A DNA stretch of 64,000 nt from Oceanispirochaeta sp. (GCA_963663385.2 CAXXXD010000002.1:1664001-1728000); one strand, 5' to 3'. Shown: positions 30,258 to 40,421, counted from the stretch's first letter. The notes: generated by a model from the sequence alone, not told the origin. Program-made: numbers and translations.

Positions 30258-31250
30258 TCATTCGGGAAAATACGCCCTTACGTAAAGGGCGGGACCGGCA
30301 ATTTCCAGGATTTCTATTTTGTTTTTCATCAGCCTGAGTCCGGTAATATAGAGGTAGTCCTCATTTCCGTTGGAGATACCCCATGTCCGGGCCGAAAAGG
30401 GTGTCTCTCCGAAGTTTAGATCGGATCCGCTCCCCACCGTCACATAACCTCTGCCCGACAGGTCGGAAAAAAGGGCCTCCTCCCAGAACCCGACGCTCTT
30501 TTTAGGGTAGTTATCCGTTTTCCGTACCCTGAGTTTCACCCCCTCGGGCGAAATGGCCAGGAATTCCGGGCTGTCGTCGATCAGGGCGAACCCTTCGGGC
30601 AGTTCCATCCTTGGGCCTCCGAACCCCGATCGGCCGGAAAGCCGACCGTTATACAGGAAGTCGAAAAAGTCTACCGAATTGATCCAGTCGAATCGGGACG
30701 GGCGGGAATCGGGAATCGTCTGGTTCTGAAAAGTGAGCCTGACCGTAACCAGAGCATAGCTGCGGTCATTCTCCATTTTCCGTATGATTCCCCGGTACAT
30801 ATCGATTTCGTTCATCAGACGCCGGATCTCCTTCTCCAGGGTAAGTGTCCCTTCCACATCGGAGCTGTCTATGTAGGAGATATTCTTGGCCAGGATCTCC
30901 TCCCGGGCTTCCAGGGCGGAGCGGCTGGCAAGGAGCTGCTCCCGCAGATCATGGGTATTCTGGCTGTATTCCACCAGCTCCTCGCTGATCTCATCCAGAT
31001 AAACCCTGAGACTGTCAACCGCTTTATCGGGAAGGCGGAGGCTGATCTGTTCCTGAGTCTTGTAGATAAAATACCCGTTCTGTTCTTCCGCCCAGTCCGT
31101 AAGGGCGTCCGCAGCCTGCTGCCTGTCTTTTACCAGCAGGCGGGCATCTACCTCATAGTAGAGGGTATCCTCCCTGTCCTGAGCGTACAGAGCTGCTGTA
31201 AGCAGAAGGCCGAATGATATCAGAAGAGTTAATACTTTTTTCCGGTTCAT
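30258..31250 (-). CDS. DUF4349-like exported protein
   Basis: Signal peptide; ISLRLP and coiled-coil pattern; paralogous to 31247-32455. Confidence 0.6.
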   Translation of the reverse strand: MNRKKVLTLLISFGLLLTAALYAQDREDTLYYEVDARLLVKDRQQAADALTDWAEEQNGYFIYKTQEQISLRLPDKAVDSLRVYLDEISEELVEYSQNTHDLREQLLASRSALEAREEILAKNISYIDSSDVEGTLTLEKEIRRLMNEIDMYRGIIRKMENDRSYALVTVRLTFQNQTIPDSRPSRFDWINSVDFFDFLYNGRLSGRSGFGGPRMELPEGFALIDDSPEFLAISPEGVKLRVRKTDNYPKKSVGFWEEALFSDLSGRGYVTVGSGSDLNFGETPFSARTWGISNGNEDYLYITGLRLMKNKIEILEIAGPALYVRAYFPE

Positions 31251-32455
31251 CTTATCTCTCCTTCTTCCAGGGCTTTATAGAGGGGAGAAAAATCCGTATC
31301 TGCATCGGATGAGAAGATTTCCACCACATGGATTTTCCTGTTCTCCACAATCAGGCCGACAAAGTAACGGAAGGGCTCCCTGTCCTTGCTGACAAACTCA
31401 ACGCCGGGCATCTCTTTGCTGCCGAAAACAAGGTCCTTCGGGGCGGCGGAGGCATAATAGTCCCCCAGATGGTGCAGGAGGGCTTTCCGCCAGAAAGCGC
31501 TGTCCCCTTCGGGGCTGTTTTCAACGGAACTGACGGTAATATTCGTTCCATAAGCGTTTTCCGCTATATAAACATCCTCCTTGCTGAACTCGGCGTATTC
31601 GTCTCCCGGATTCAGTTTTACGGAAGTCTCCAGTCTGGAGGAGACCGGGGAAAGGGGCGAGAGGGAGGCAATCCAGGGAAAGGGGATCTCCTGCCGGTAG
31701 GCATCCTCCTGAAGGCGGGGGATCAGCTCCACATTGATCCTTGAAAAGGCGATCCGGCTGTCCAGTATCTGCAGCTGCTGTCTGATGGATTCTATCTCTT
31801 CGGTCAGGCGGCCTATCTCCCGGAGAATCCGGGCCCTCTCCTTCGGGTCCGTGCTCCTTTCCAGCAGAACATAGAGGCGTTTGCGCGTCTCCTCGGCTGT
31901 TTTCAGTCTTGCCTGGGTATCCTGGTACCGGTCGGTTACATCCCAGGTGTCTATCTGCTGATACCTGATTTTTCCCATGCCGAGAACCTCTTTAAACAGG
32001 CTGTCAAACTGTTCGGCAGGAACACGGAGCACCAGATAGTCCGCATAGGACTGTTCCACATACCCCCCTGACGCAATAGCCAGATCTTCCAGGGCTTTAC
32101 GGGTTTCCGGGGGATCCTCCACCACCAGTCCGGCCGAGCCGTTATAGATCCGCTTCCTCTGAGAGCCGGGTTCGGGATCCTCCGCCGGAGAGGACGCGGG
32201 CAGACTCTGATTTTCTGCGGTTATATCCATCAGGGGAACCGGCTGGGCCGCCCCCTCCAGTTTCATGGCGCTCCGGCTCATCTCGGGAGCCGGCTCTTCA
32301 TACTCTTCCATGGCCATGGCTTCTCCGCCGTACCAGTCCGCCTCTTTAGCTGAGGAACTGCAGGAGAGTACCAGGGGGAATGTCAGGAAAAGGGTCAGGG
32401 CGTACAGAAGATACATCCCCGTCCAATGGGTTAACGACAGTTTTCTCTTATTCAT
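31247..32455 (-). CDS. DUF4349-domain lipoprotein
   Basis: LVLSC lipobox; RKRIY...GGYVE...LRVPAEQF...DVTDRYQD. Confidence 0.75.
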   Translation of the reverse strand: MNKRKLSLTHWTGMYLLYALTLFLTFPLVLSCSSSAKEADWYGGEAMAMEEYEEPAPEMSRSAMKLEGAAQPVPLMDITAENQSLPASSPAEDPEPGSQRKRIYNGSAGLVVEDPPETRKALEDLAIASGGYVEQSYADYLVLRVPAEQFDSLFKEVLGMGKIRYQQIDTWDVTDRYQDTQARLKTAEETRKRLYVLLERSTDPKERARILREIGRLTEEIESIRQQLQILDSRIAFSRINVELIPRLQEDAYRQEIPFPWIASLSPLSPVSSRLETSVKLNPGDEYAEFSKEDVYIAENAYGTNITVSSVENSPEGDSAFWRKALLHHLGDYYASAAPKDLVFGSKEMPGVEFVSKDREPFRYFVGLIVENRKIHVVEIFSSDADTDFSPLYKALEEGEIR

Positions 32456-32561
32456 AATAAGGAATATAACCCAGGGCAGGGAAGGTTACAAAGGGAGCCG
32501 GGAATATTTTATTTTCCCAGCCCCCCTTAATTTCCCCGGAGGGGAGAAGTCAATAATGATT

Positions 32562-32743
32562 CCCCTCCTTCGGAGGGGTCAGGGTAGGCCGGGACAAAAG
32601 CTCCTAAAAGTTCGGAGGAAAAAACATGACTCTTCTCCCCCTCCTTCGGAGGGGTCAGGGTAGGCCGGGACAAAAGCTCCTAAAAGTTCGGAGGAAAAAA
32701 ACATGACTCTTCTCCCCCTCCTTCGGAGGGGGCCGGGGGGAGG
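32562..32743. repeat. Tandem 76-77 bp repeat (about 2.3 copies) with three CCCCTCC-TTC-GGAGGGG hairpins
   Basis: CTCCTTCGGAGGGG recurs at 32565, 32641 and 32718. Confidence 0.85.
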
Positions 32744-34021
32744 TTATGACAGTATCATCATGGACGGAAGGGGCCGTATCCGCAGGGGGGTAACGGATCC
32801 TTCCCCGAAGAACCCGCTCATATACTTAATGTAGTCGGCGGCCCGTTCGTTGGGGATATACACCTGTATGGTTCCGGCAAAACCGCCGCCGTGAACCCGG
32901 CAGGCTCCCTCGCCGTGCAGAAAGCTTTCGGTCAGGTTCAGAGCCAGGCTGATCCCCTGTTCCCGGGGCTCTCTGCCGGGGTAGACATTCTGGAGGTAGC
33001 AGAACGAGGAGTGGCCGGAACTGCCTACCTGATGCAGATAGGTGGAAATATCATTCTCCTTCAGGGCTTCCACCTGGGCTTCCACCCGGGCGTTGTCGTG
33101 CAGAAAGTGAAAGGCCCTCAGTATGGCCCTGTCGCCGCATTTCTCTCTCACCGCGGCAAGGTCTCCCAGTATCTCTGTCTCGCTCAGCTGGCGGCAGTAC
33201 TCCCTGCCGAAGTGGGCCGCCACGGATTTCATCTCGGTGGGGATGGCGGCATATTCGGGGGTCAGGTCGGCATGGTTCCCTCCTGTATCAACAACCATCA
33301 GGGTGTAGCCGGCCTTATGGAAATTATAATCAACCGGCGTAATTTTCGGACTGGCGGGATCTTTAAAGTCGATAGCCACAATCCCGCCGTTGGCGCAGGC
33401 CACCTGGTCCATCAGGCCGCAGGGTTTTCCGAAATAGTTATTCTCCGCGTACTGCCCGATCCGGGCAATTTCGGTTGTGCCGACTCCGTTTTCGTTGAAC
33501 AGAGCGCTGAAGATGGTCCCCACCAGAACCTCCAGGGCGGCGGAAGAGCTTAAGCCCGAACCTTTTAAAACGCTGCTGGTGGTATTGGCCCTGAAACCGC
33601 TGACTTTATAGCCCAGTTCGGCAAAACGGGCGGCTATCCCCCGTACCAGGGCATCCGTTGTATTCTCCTCTGCGGGATTAACCTTCAGATCGGAGATATC
33701 CACCTTGACCGCAGGGTAGCCTTCGGAATCGATAATAACCGTGCTGTCACCCGTAAGGGAGACGGCGGCAATGGTATCCAGGTTGATGGAACCGGCCAGC
33801 ACGCGGCCGTGGTTATGGTCCGTATGGTTGCCTCCCAGCTCCGTCCGGCCGGGGGTGCTGAACAGTTTAATATCCTGCTCCCCGTAGAGGTCCTCATGCC
33901 GTTTAACCAGGGCCGTCCAGCGTTCCGCCTGGCCGGCCGTCCCGGATCCTCCGTAGAGCTCTGAAAAAAGGCCCGTCAGTTTTCCCGATGCCAGCTGCTG
34001 TTCAATATCCTGTCGTTTCAT
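32744..34021 (-). CDS. galK: Galactokinase
   Basis: PGRTELGGNHTDH, GSGLSSSAA, CGLMDQ, RVHGGGFAG. Confidence 0.93.
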   Translation of the reverse strand: MKRQDIEQQLASGKLTGLFSELYGGSGTAGQAERWTALVKRHEDLYGEQDIKLFSTPGRTELGGNHTDHNHGRVLAGSINLDTIAAVSLTGDSTVIIDSEGYPAVKVDISDLKVNPAEENTTDALVRGIAARFAELGYKVSGFRANTTSSVLKGSGLSSSAALEVLVGTIFSALFNENGVGTTEIARIGQYAENNYFGKPCGLMDQVACANGGIVAIDFKDPASPKITPVDYNFHKAGYTLMVVDTGGNHADLTPEYAAIPTEMKSVAAHFGREYCRQLSETEILGDLAAVREKCGDRAILRAFHFLHDNARVEAQVEALKENDISTYLHQVGSSGHSSFCYLQNVYPGREPREQGISLALNLTESFLHGEGACRVHGGGFAGTIQVYIPNERAADYIKYMSGFFGEGSVTPLRIRPLPSMMILS

Positions 34022-35079
34022 GATTTATCTCCCAGTGTAATGGTATAGTGTTCTTCCGGACAGGCCCGCAGGCTGGCGGCGCTTCCTTCTGCCGTGATAT
34101 CCCTCTGAGGCATACCGAGCATTTCATAGCCGACCATAAATTTCTTTACTGTGGCGCTGCGGAGCAGGGGCGGGTAGTAGTGGATGTGCATCTGGCACTC
34201 TTCGTGTTCCTCCCCGTCCGTGGGAGCCTGGTGAATCCCCATGGAGTAGGGGAAGCTGGTCTGAAAAAGGTTGTCAAACCGGGTCCCCATCCTTTTCAGG
34301 GCGTCGGAAAGATCCGAGACCTGTTTATCTGTCATGTCATCGATGGATTTAAGAGGCGTCAGGGGCAGGATCATGGCTTCATAGGGCCAAACCGCCCAGA
34401 AGGGCACCACCGCGGCAAAGCTGTCGTTGCTGAAGATGACCCGTTCTCCGCGGGCCATCTCCTTCTCCACATAATCCACCAGCAGGGACTTTCCGTGTTT
34501 CGCCAGATAGGCTTTCTGGTTCTCAATTTCCCTGGCGGGGATGTCGGGGATAATCTCTTCCGCCCATATCTGCCCGTGGGGGTGGGGGTTGGAGCATCCC
34601 ATCACGGCTCCGCGGTTTTCAAAAATCTGTATATGGTTGATAAAATCCTTTCTACCCAGTTCCCGGTACTCCTTCTGCCAGGTTCTTACAACACCCTCAA
34701 TCTGGGCAACATCCATCAGGGCAAGGGTCAGATCGTGCCGGGGGGAAAAACAGATTACCTTGCAGATCCCCCGTTCTGTTCTGGCCTGAAAAAGGTCCCC
34801 CTCATCAAAACGCCCTTCGGGAGTATCGTTCAGGAGGGCGGCAAAGTCGTTGTCAAAAACAAAAGTATCCTTGTAATCGGGGTTTTTATGGCCGCCGGCC
34901 CTTTCGTTGCCGGGGCAGAGGTAGCAGCCGGGGTCGAATTCCGGTTTTCTGTCCAGCATGGGTTTTTCAACCTGACCGTTCCAGGGGCGCTTGGTTCTGT
35001 GGGGGGAAACCTTTATCCACTCCCCGGCCAGGGGATTGTACCGTCTGTGAGGGTGTTCCTGTAAATCTATTTTACTCAT
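34018..35079 (-). CDS. galT: Galactose-1-phosphate uridylyltransferase
   Basis: HRRYNPL, FENRGAVMGCSNPHPHGQIWA. Confidence 0.97.
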   Translation of the reverse strand: MSKIDLQEHPHRRYNPLAGEWIKVSPHRTKRPWNGQVEKPMLDRKPEFDPGCYLCPGNERAGGHKNPDYKDTFVFDNDFAALLNDTPEGRFDEGDLFQARTERGICKVICFSPRHDLTLALMDVAQIEGVVRTWQKEYRELGRKDFINHIQIFENRGAVMGCSNPHPHGQIWAEEIIPDIPAREIENQKAYLAKHGKSLLVDYVEKEMARGERVIFSNDSFAAVVPFWAVWPYEAMILPLTPLKSIDDMTDKQVSDLSDALKRMGTRFDNLFQTSFPYSMGIHQAPTDGEEHEECQMHIHYYPPLLRSATVKKFMVGYEMLGMPQRDITAEGSAASLRACPEEHYTITLGDKS

Positions 35080-35187
35080 TCTGTCCTCCGATAAAACTCT
35101 TCAGTTTTGTACCTTCTAAAATTGTAATTCTTTATGTCCGGGGAGTTAAATTCGATTCACCTCCCCATTTTATCTTAAAAATAATGC

Positions 35188-35241
35188 TTGCCAAAGGCGA
35201 TGTACACGAGTACAATACTATTGGAACATTATACTTGTCAA
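35188..35241. promoter_or_regulatory. Overlapping divergent promoters with a LacI-type operator
   Basis: Plus: TTGCCA-N17-TACAAT (35188-35216). Minus: TTGACA-N18-TATTGT (35241-35212). Palindrome TGTACaCGaGTACA at 35201-35214. Confidence 0.65.
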
Positions 35242-35254
35242 GGAAATTATTGAA

Positions 35255-36274
35255 ATGAGCAGCAAAAATAACAGGGATAAAGTAGCCGAACTGGCAGGAG
35301 TCAGCAGCGCTACGGTCTCCCGTGTCTATAATAACCCTGAAAAGGTATCCGAAGCCAAAAAAAAGGCTGTTCTGGATGCCGCCGGGCTGCTGGGATACTC
35401 TCCGGATAAATCGGCCAGCGCCCTCAGACGCAGAGGAACCGGACAGATCTCGCTGGTCAGCATACGAAAACACAGGGGCACCTGGTACTGGGGGGATTTT
35501 CCCGGGGCCAAATGGTTCTACACGGATGTGGTGCAGGGAATCATGGAGGAGGTTGATTCTTCCATGTACCGCCTTAACCTCAAAACCCTCAAGTCCGCCG
35601 CAGAGATCCGCTCCATCGACTGGTCAAAGGAGTGCGACGGGGCCATTTTCTATGATGTGGATACCTCCGAAGAAGCCGAGGCTATTGCCTCCTGTCCGGT
35701 TCCGACTGTTATCAGTCATCATACGGCCCAGTTTGCCGAATGCAACCGCTGTTCCACAGACAACTACCGGGGGGGGATTATTGCCGGAACCCATCTGATG
35801 GAGGCAGGGTATCAGAGACCCGCCTATATCAGCTATCTTCCCCATCTCATCCTCTCCAACAGGCAGCGGTTTGAAGGATTTCAGCAGGCCTGTTCCGGTG
35901 TGGAGGTTCGGCAGGTTTTAAATGATCCCGGTAAAAAGGGGGGCTATAAGGCAGCCATGTCTCTTCTGGAAAAGATCAAAACCGGAAAAATCGATTCTCT
36001 CGGTGTTGTAAACGATCTTACCGCAATCGGTGTGATACAATGCCTGCAGGACGAAGGATTGAAACCGGGACGGGATGTGGGGCTGATCGGCTACGATAAT
36101 ATGCCCTTTAACTATGTGCTGCCCTTTGAACTGGCTTCTATCGATTTAAGACCCGCCGAACTGTACAGGGAGGCTGTCAGGATGCTTCTGGAAATACTGC
36201 GCTCAGACCAGGAATCGGGAATTCCCGTAAAACGGGTAATTCTGCCTGAACTAGTCAAAGGAGACTCCGTCTGA
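35255..36274 (+). CDS. LacI-family transcriptional regulator
   Basis: VAELAGVSSATVSRV HTH; sugar-binding domain (NDLTAIG, IGYDN). Confidence 0.93.
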   Translation: MSSKNNRDKVAELAGVSSATVSRVYNNPEKVSEAKKKAVLDAAGLLGYSPDKSASALRRRGTGQISLVSIRKHRGTWYWGDFPGAKWFYTDVVQGIMEEVDSSMYRLNLKTLKSAAEIRSIDWSKECDGAIFYDVDTSEEAEAIASCPVPTVISHHTAQFAECNRCSTDNYRGGIIAGTHLMEAGYQRPAYISYLPHLILSNRQRFEGFQQACSGVEVRQVLNDPGKKGGYKAAMSLLEKIKTGKIDSLGVVNDLTAIGVIQCLQDEGLKPGRDVGLIGYDNMPFNYVLPFELASIDLRPAELYREAVRMLLEILRSDQESGIPVKRVILPELVKGDSV

Positions 36275-37248
36275 AAAGACCAGGGACTTATGCCATACAC
36301 CTCCTGTTTCTTCTGGTCACGGCAGTTTGTCTCTCTACCTTTTCCTGTGTTCATCATCCGCCGGATTCTTCTGTCCGTCCCGGTTCCCCCGGATATGAGG
36401 ACGACTTGCCGCAGAAGGAAACCGGAGAAACCATGGTTCCCGAAGTAATGGATAGGAACGAAGCCGCCCCTCGGGAAGAAGAGGATCTTTACGCCGGGGA
36501 CGGCGGTATTATCCTGACTTTTGATGATTTTTTTCCATCCTGGCAGCAGACAGCCGCTTTATTGGAAAATGGTCATGCCCATGCCTCTTTCTATATCTCT
36601 CTTGAGCCCGCAGAGATGGGACATCAGGAGCTGGTCCTTCTTGCTATGCTGCTGGAAAAGGGGCATGAAATCGCCTGGCATACGGCAACTCATCCGGATT
36701 TGAGTCAAATCCCCGAAACAGAAAGACCGGATACCATGGAACAGGAGATCCTGGAACCTCTCCAAATCCTCGGGGAGTCAATTGATACGGAGATACTCTC
36801 TTTTGCCTATCCCTACGGTTTCTATGATGAGGACTGGGAGGCCAGGCTGTCCGGGATTTTTACCAGCAGGCGGGGATTCGGACGAACCCCCCGCTACTAC
36901 AGCGTTCATGAGATCAGAACAGAAGAATTCTTTAAAGCTGTCTCTATTGATAATACCATCTATCGTGATAAAGAGGATGGGGGCGAACAGGGCATTCCGG
37001 GTGGATTCATGTCCTTCTGTCAATCCGTTTTCCGGGAAATAAAGACCTCATCCCGTTATATCATTCTGGGATCTCACGGTTTGGGAAACGACCCCTGGGG
37101 AATCACCCCGGAAAATCTTGAATACCTCCTGTCCGGAGCAGAAAAAAGAGGGATCCCCGTTCTCTCTCTCAGGGAAGCCCGGTTCCGGGAGAGTGAAAAA
37201 CGGGAGCAGATCATGCGGCCCTGTACCGTTCCGTCCCTGTCTCCGTGA
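36271..37248 (+). CDS. Polysaccharide deacetylase-family lipoprotein (probable CTG start)
   Basis: LTFDD, HTATH and FAYPYG motifs; frame is open upstream to CTG 36271, which has an SD and encodes a signal peptide ending FS-C. Confidence 0.75.
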   Translation: MKRPGTYAIHLLFLLVTAVCLSTFSCVHHPPDSSVRPGSPGYEDDLPQKETGETMVPEVMDRNEAAPREEEDLYAGDGGIILTFDDFFPSWQQTAALLENGHAHASFYISLEPAEMGHQELVLLAMLLEKGHEIAWHTATHPDLSQIPETERPDTMEQEILEPLQILGESIDTEILSFAYPYGFYDEDWEARLSGIFTSRRGFGRTPRYYSVHEIRTEEFFKAVSIDNTIYRDKEDGGEQGIPGGFMSFCQSVFREIKTSSRYIILGSHGLGNDPWGITPENLEYLLSGAEKRGIPVLSLREARFRESEKREQIMRPCTVPSLSP

Positions 37249-37320
37249 CAGGGCTGCACAAATGGATCCTTTTTCACGGTAATACTTTCCTATAAGGAAA
37301 CATTCCATTATAATTAAACC

Positions 37321-38517
37321 ATGATACTCAAAATGAAAAATATTATTCAGGACTATGCCTGGGGGTCGAAAACCTACCTTCAGGAAATGACAGATACTGA
37401 TTCGGAGGGACCCCTGGCGGAACTCTGGATGGGCGTACATCCCAGAGGAGAATCTCTGGTTGAAACCGCTGCGGGCAAATGGGAATCCCTGTCCGCCCTT
37501 ATAGCGGCCGATCCTGCGGGCATGATGGGAGATCCATTGGCCGAGCGCTTCGCCAATCTGCCCTTTCTGTTCAAATTGCTGGCAGCGGGAGAGCCCCTCT
37601 CCATTCAGGCTCATCCCAGCAAAACCCAGGCCGAAGAGGGGTTCCGGAAAGAGAACGAAGCCGGAGTGCCTCTTGATGCCTTTAACAGAAATTACAAGGA
37701 CGATAACCATAAACCGGAAATCATATGTGCCATGACCCCCTATTGGGCCCTGAAGGGATTCCGTTCCCCCGATGCCATCAAAGGGTTCTTTGCCTCCTGG
37801 GTGCCGGAGGAGGCCTCGGTAAGCCTCTTTCCTCAGGGAGTAGAGGATGATTCGGAAAAGCTGCGCCGCTTTTTCCAGGCCCTGATGAGCCTTGACGGGG
37901 ATCTGAAGGGAACCGTTCTGAAAGAAGGACTTGCCTGGTGCGGTCGTCAGGATGACGATGCCTGCCGCTGGGTGCTGAAACTGAACAATAAATACCCCGG
38001 CGATATCGGTATCCTCTCACCCCTCTATCTGAATACGGTCTGTCTGCAGCCCGGAGAGGCCCTCTATCTCCCCGCCGGCGAACTTCATGCCTACCTTCAG
38101 GGATTCGGTGTGGAGCTGATGGCCAACTCGGACAATGTCCTGCGGGGAGGGTTGACTCCCAAGCATATGGACATGACCGAACTGATGAAAACCCTGACTT
38201 TTCAAAGTGATTCCCCCAGAATTCTGAAGCCCCGTTCCCTGCCGGACGGCTGCGGGATATACGATACGGTCTCGGAAGAGTTCCAGCTTCTGACGGTAGA
38301 TCTGGGCGGGGATGTCAGCGCCATTCATCTGGAGTCGGGGTATCCCGTATCCATCCTGATTGTAACGGAAGGAAGCATCACGGTTAAGGATAAAGACACC
38401 TCTCTGACCCTGAAAAAAGGCGAGTCCTGTTTCCTTTCGAAAAACGGGAAAGGACGCAATCTGAGCAGCGACGGTTCCTGGGGCAGGGGATTTATTGCCA
38501 GGGCTGTTCCTGAATGA
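37321..38517 (+). CDS. manA: Mannose-6-phosphate isomerase, class I
   Basis: YAWGS, AELWMG, LSIQAHP, NHKPE, NSDNVLRGGLTPKH. Confidence 0.96.
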   Translation: MILKMKNIIQDYAWGSKTYLQEMTDTDSEGPLAELWMGVHPRGESLVETAAGKWESLSALIAADPAGMMGDPLAERFANLPFLFKLLAAGEPLSIQAHPSKTQAEEGFRKENEAGVPLDAFNRNYKDDNHKPEIICAMTPYWALKGFRSPDAIKGFFASWVPEEASVSLFPQGVEDDSEKLRRFFQALMSLDGDLKGTVLKEGLAWCGRQDDDACRWVLKLNNKYPGDIGILSPLYLNTVCLQPGEALYLPAGELHAYLQGFGVELMANSDNVLRGGLTPKHMDMTELMKTLTFQSDSPRILKPRSLPDGCGIYDTVSEEFQLLTVDLGGDVSAIHLESGYPVSILIVTEGSITVKDKDTSLTLKKGESCFLSKNGKGRNLSSDGSWGRGFIARAVPE

Positions 38518-38999
38518 TCCTGTGGGTAGACGGGGACTCCTGTCCCCGGCCTGTCCGGGACATACTCTGCCGGGCGGCTGTCCGTGAAAAGCTGGAGCTG
38601 AAGTTTGTTGCCAACAGGGAGCTCCCCCTAAAAAAATCCGACTGGATCAGCCTGATTATAACATCAGGTGAAGAGGGCAGTGCCGACCGCTATATTATTG
38701 AGCGGTCCGTTCCTGGTGATCTTATTGTCACCAGGGATATCCCCCTTGCCGCGGAACTGGTGGAACGGGGGGTTACTGTTCTGAATGACCGGGGAAAAAT
38801 CTATACAAAAGAGAATGTAAAAGAGCGTCTTGCCGAAAGGGATTTTAATCAGATGCTCCGGGAAGCCGGTTTAAGCGATGAAAAAAGCGGGAATTTTGGA
38901 CAGAAAGAGATCCGGGCTTTTGCCAGCGCCTTCGACAGAACAATCCGTCAGATGCTTGTGGAGGAAAACTTCAGAAGATCCGGATCGGGGAAAGTTTAA
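38514..38999 (+). CDS. YaiI/YqxD (DUF188) family protein
   Basis: WVDGDSCP, VTRDIPLAA. Confidence 0.9.
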   Translation: MILWVDGDSCPRPVRDILCRAAVREKLELKFVANRELPLKKSDWISLIITSGEEGSADRYIIERSVPGDLIVTRDIPLAAELVERGVTVLNDRGKIYTKENVKERLAERDFNQMLREAGLSDEKSGNFGQKEIRAFASAFDRTIRQMLVEENFRRSGSGKV

Positions 39000-39126
39000 A
39001 CGGCTCCACTTATTCTCCTGGGGTAATTGAAGTCCCGGGGGGAAAATATTATACTATTATAGTAATAATTATCAAAAAGAGCCTCCTGGCGAGGCATCAG
39101 ATAGAAACCCAACAAGGAGTAGTGTT

Positions 39127-40356
39127 GTGAAAGCTGTTGAAATGGCAGAGGGAATTTATCGTCTGGGTGTAAACATCGAGACCGGAAAACTGTTTGAGGG
39201 AATCTGGAAGATACCCGACGGGACTTCAATCAATTCTTATGTAGTAAAAGGGGATAAGACCGCCCTTATCGATCTGACGCAGGATATGGATGATTTTCCC
39301 GGAACCCTCACAGCCCAGATGGCCGATGCGGGTGTGTCTGCGGAAAATATTGATTATATTATCGTAAACCATATGGAACCGGATCATTCGGGATGGCTCA
39401 TGGACTTCAGAAAGAAGAATCCCTCCATGGAGATCTTCTGTACAAAAAAAGCGGTTCCCCTGGTCAGGGAGTTCTGCGGCATTGAAGAGAACGTCCATGC
39501 CATTGCAGACGGGGAGCTGCTGGACCTGGGAAAAGGCAAGGTCCTTCAGTTTTTCGAAACCCCGAATATCCACTGGCCCGAAACCATGATGACCTACGAA
39601 CAGAGTGAAAAAATCCTGTTTTCCTGTGATGCCTTCGGCTCCTACGGCAGGGTGGATGATGCGGTCTTCGATGATCAGCTTTCCGATGACGAACACGATT
39701 TTTTTGAAAAGGAAGCCCTGCGTTACTACGCCAATATTGTAGCCTCCTTCTCTGTTTTCGTAGAGCGGGGGCTTAAAAAACTGGAGGGCCTGGACATCAA
39801 AATGATTGCCCCTTCCCATGGTATCATCTGGCGGGAGAATCCTTCGGTCATCGTAAAGCGGTATGCCCGTTATGCCTCGTACCTCAAGGGACCGGCCTGC
39901 GCCGAGATAACTGTCATCTGGGGGAGCATGTACGGGAATACCCAGCAGCTCGTTACAGAAGTTATCAAGGGGATCCGGAGCGAAAAGGTTCCGGTGCATC
40001 AGTACCGTGTTCCCGAAGACGATATCGGATTTATCCTGGCGGATGCCTGGAAGTCTGCAGGGATTGTACTGGGAATGCCTACCTATGAGTATCAGATGTT
40101 CCCCCCCATGGCACATGTCATAGATGATTTTAACAGAAAGAAGGTTCAGAATAAAAAAGCTTTCCGTTTCGGTTCCTTCGGCTGGTCCGGCGGAGCGGAA
40201 AAGGAGCTAGGCCTGTCTACGGAAAAGCTTAACTGGGAGTTTCTGGAATCCGTGGAATGGCAGGGTGCACCAGGTGAGGCAGAGAAGAAAAAAGCCTTCG
40301 AACGGGGGCGGGAGCTGGCTCGTCTGGTAAAGGAATTTGCACAGAATAAGTGTTAA
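39127..40356 (+). CDS. fprA: FprA-family flavodiiron protein
   Basis: NHMEPDHSG, HWPETM, SCDAFG; flavodoxin SMYGNT and GSFGWSGGA. Confidence 0.93.
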   Translation: MKAVEMAEGIYRLGVNIETGKLFEGIWKIPDGTSINSYVVKGDKTALIDLTQDMDDFPGTLTAQMADAGVSAENIDYIIVNHMEPDHSGWLMDFRKKNPSMEIFCTKKAVPLVREFCGIEENVHAIADGELLDLGKGKVLQFFETPNIHWPETMMTYEQSEKILFSCDAFGSYGRVDDAVFDDQLSDDEHDFFEKEALRYYANIVASFSVFVERGLKKLEGLDIKMIAPSHGIIWRENPSVIVKRYARYASYLKGPACAEITVIWGSMYGNTQQLVTEVIKGIRSEKVPVHQYRVPEDDIGFILADAWKSAGIVLGMPTYEYQMFPPMAHVIDDFNRKKVQNKKAFRFGSFGWSGGAEKELGLSTEKLNWEFLESVEWQGAPGEAEKKKAFERGRELARLVKEFAQNKC

Positions 40357-40379
40357 CAGTAAGACCGGGACTTACTATT

Positions 40380-40421
40380 GGGAAGGTTTTTTCCTTACGG
40401 GGAAAAACCTTCCCTTTTTTT
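40380..40421 (+). terminator. Intrinsic terminator after fprA
   Basis: GGGAAGGTTTTT...AAAAACCTTCCC hairpin followed by a T7 run. Confidence 0.8.
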
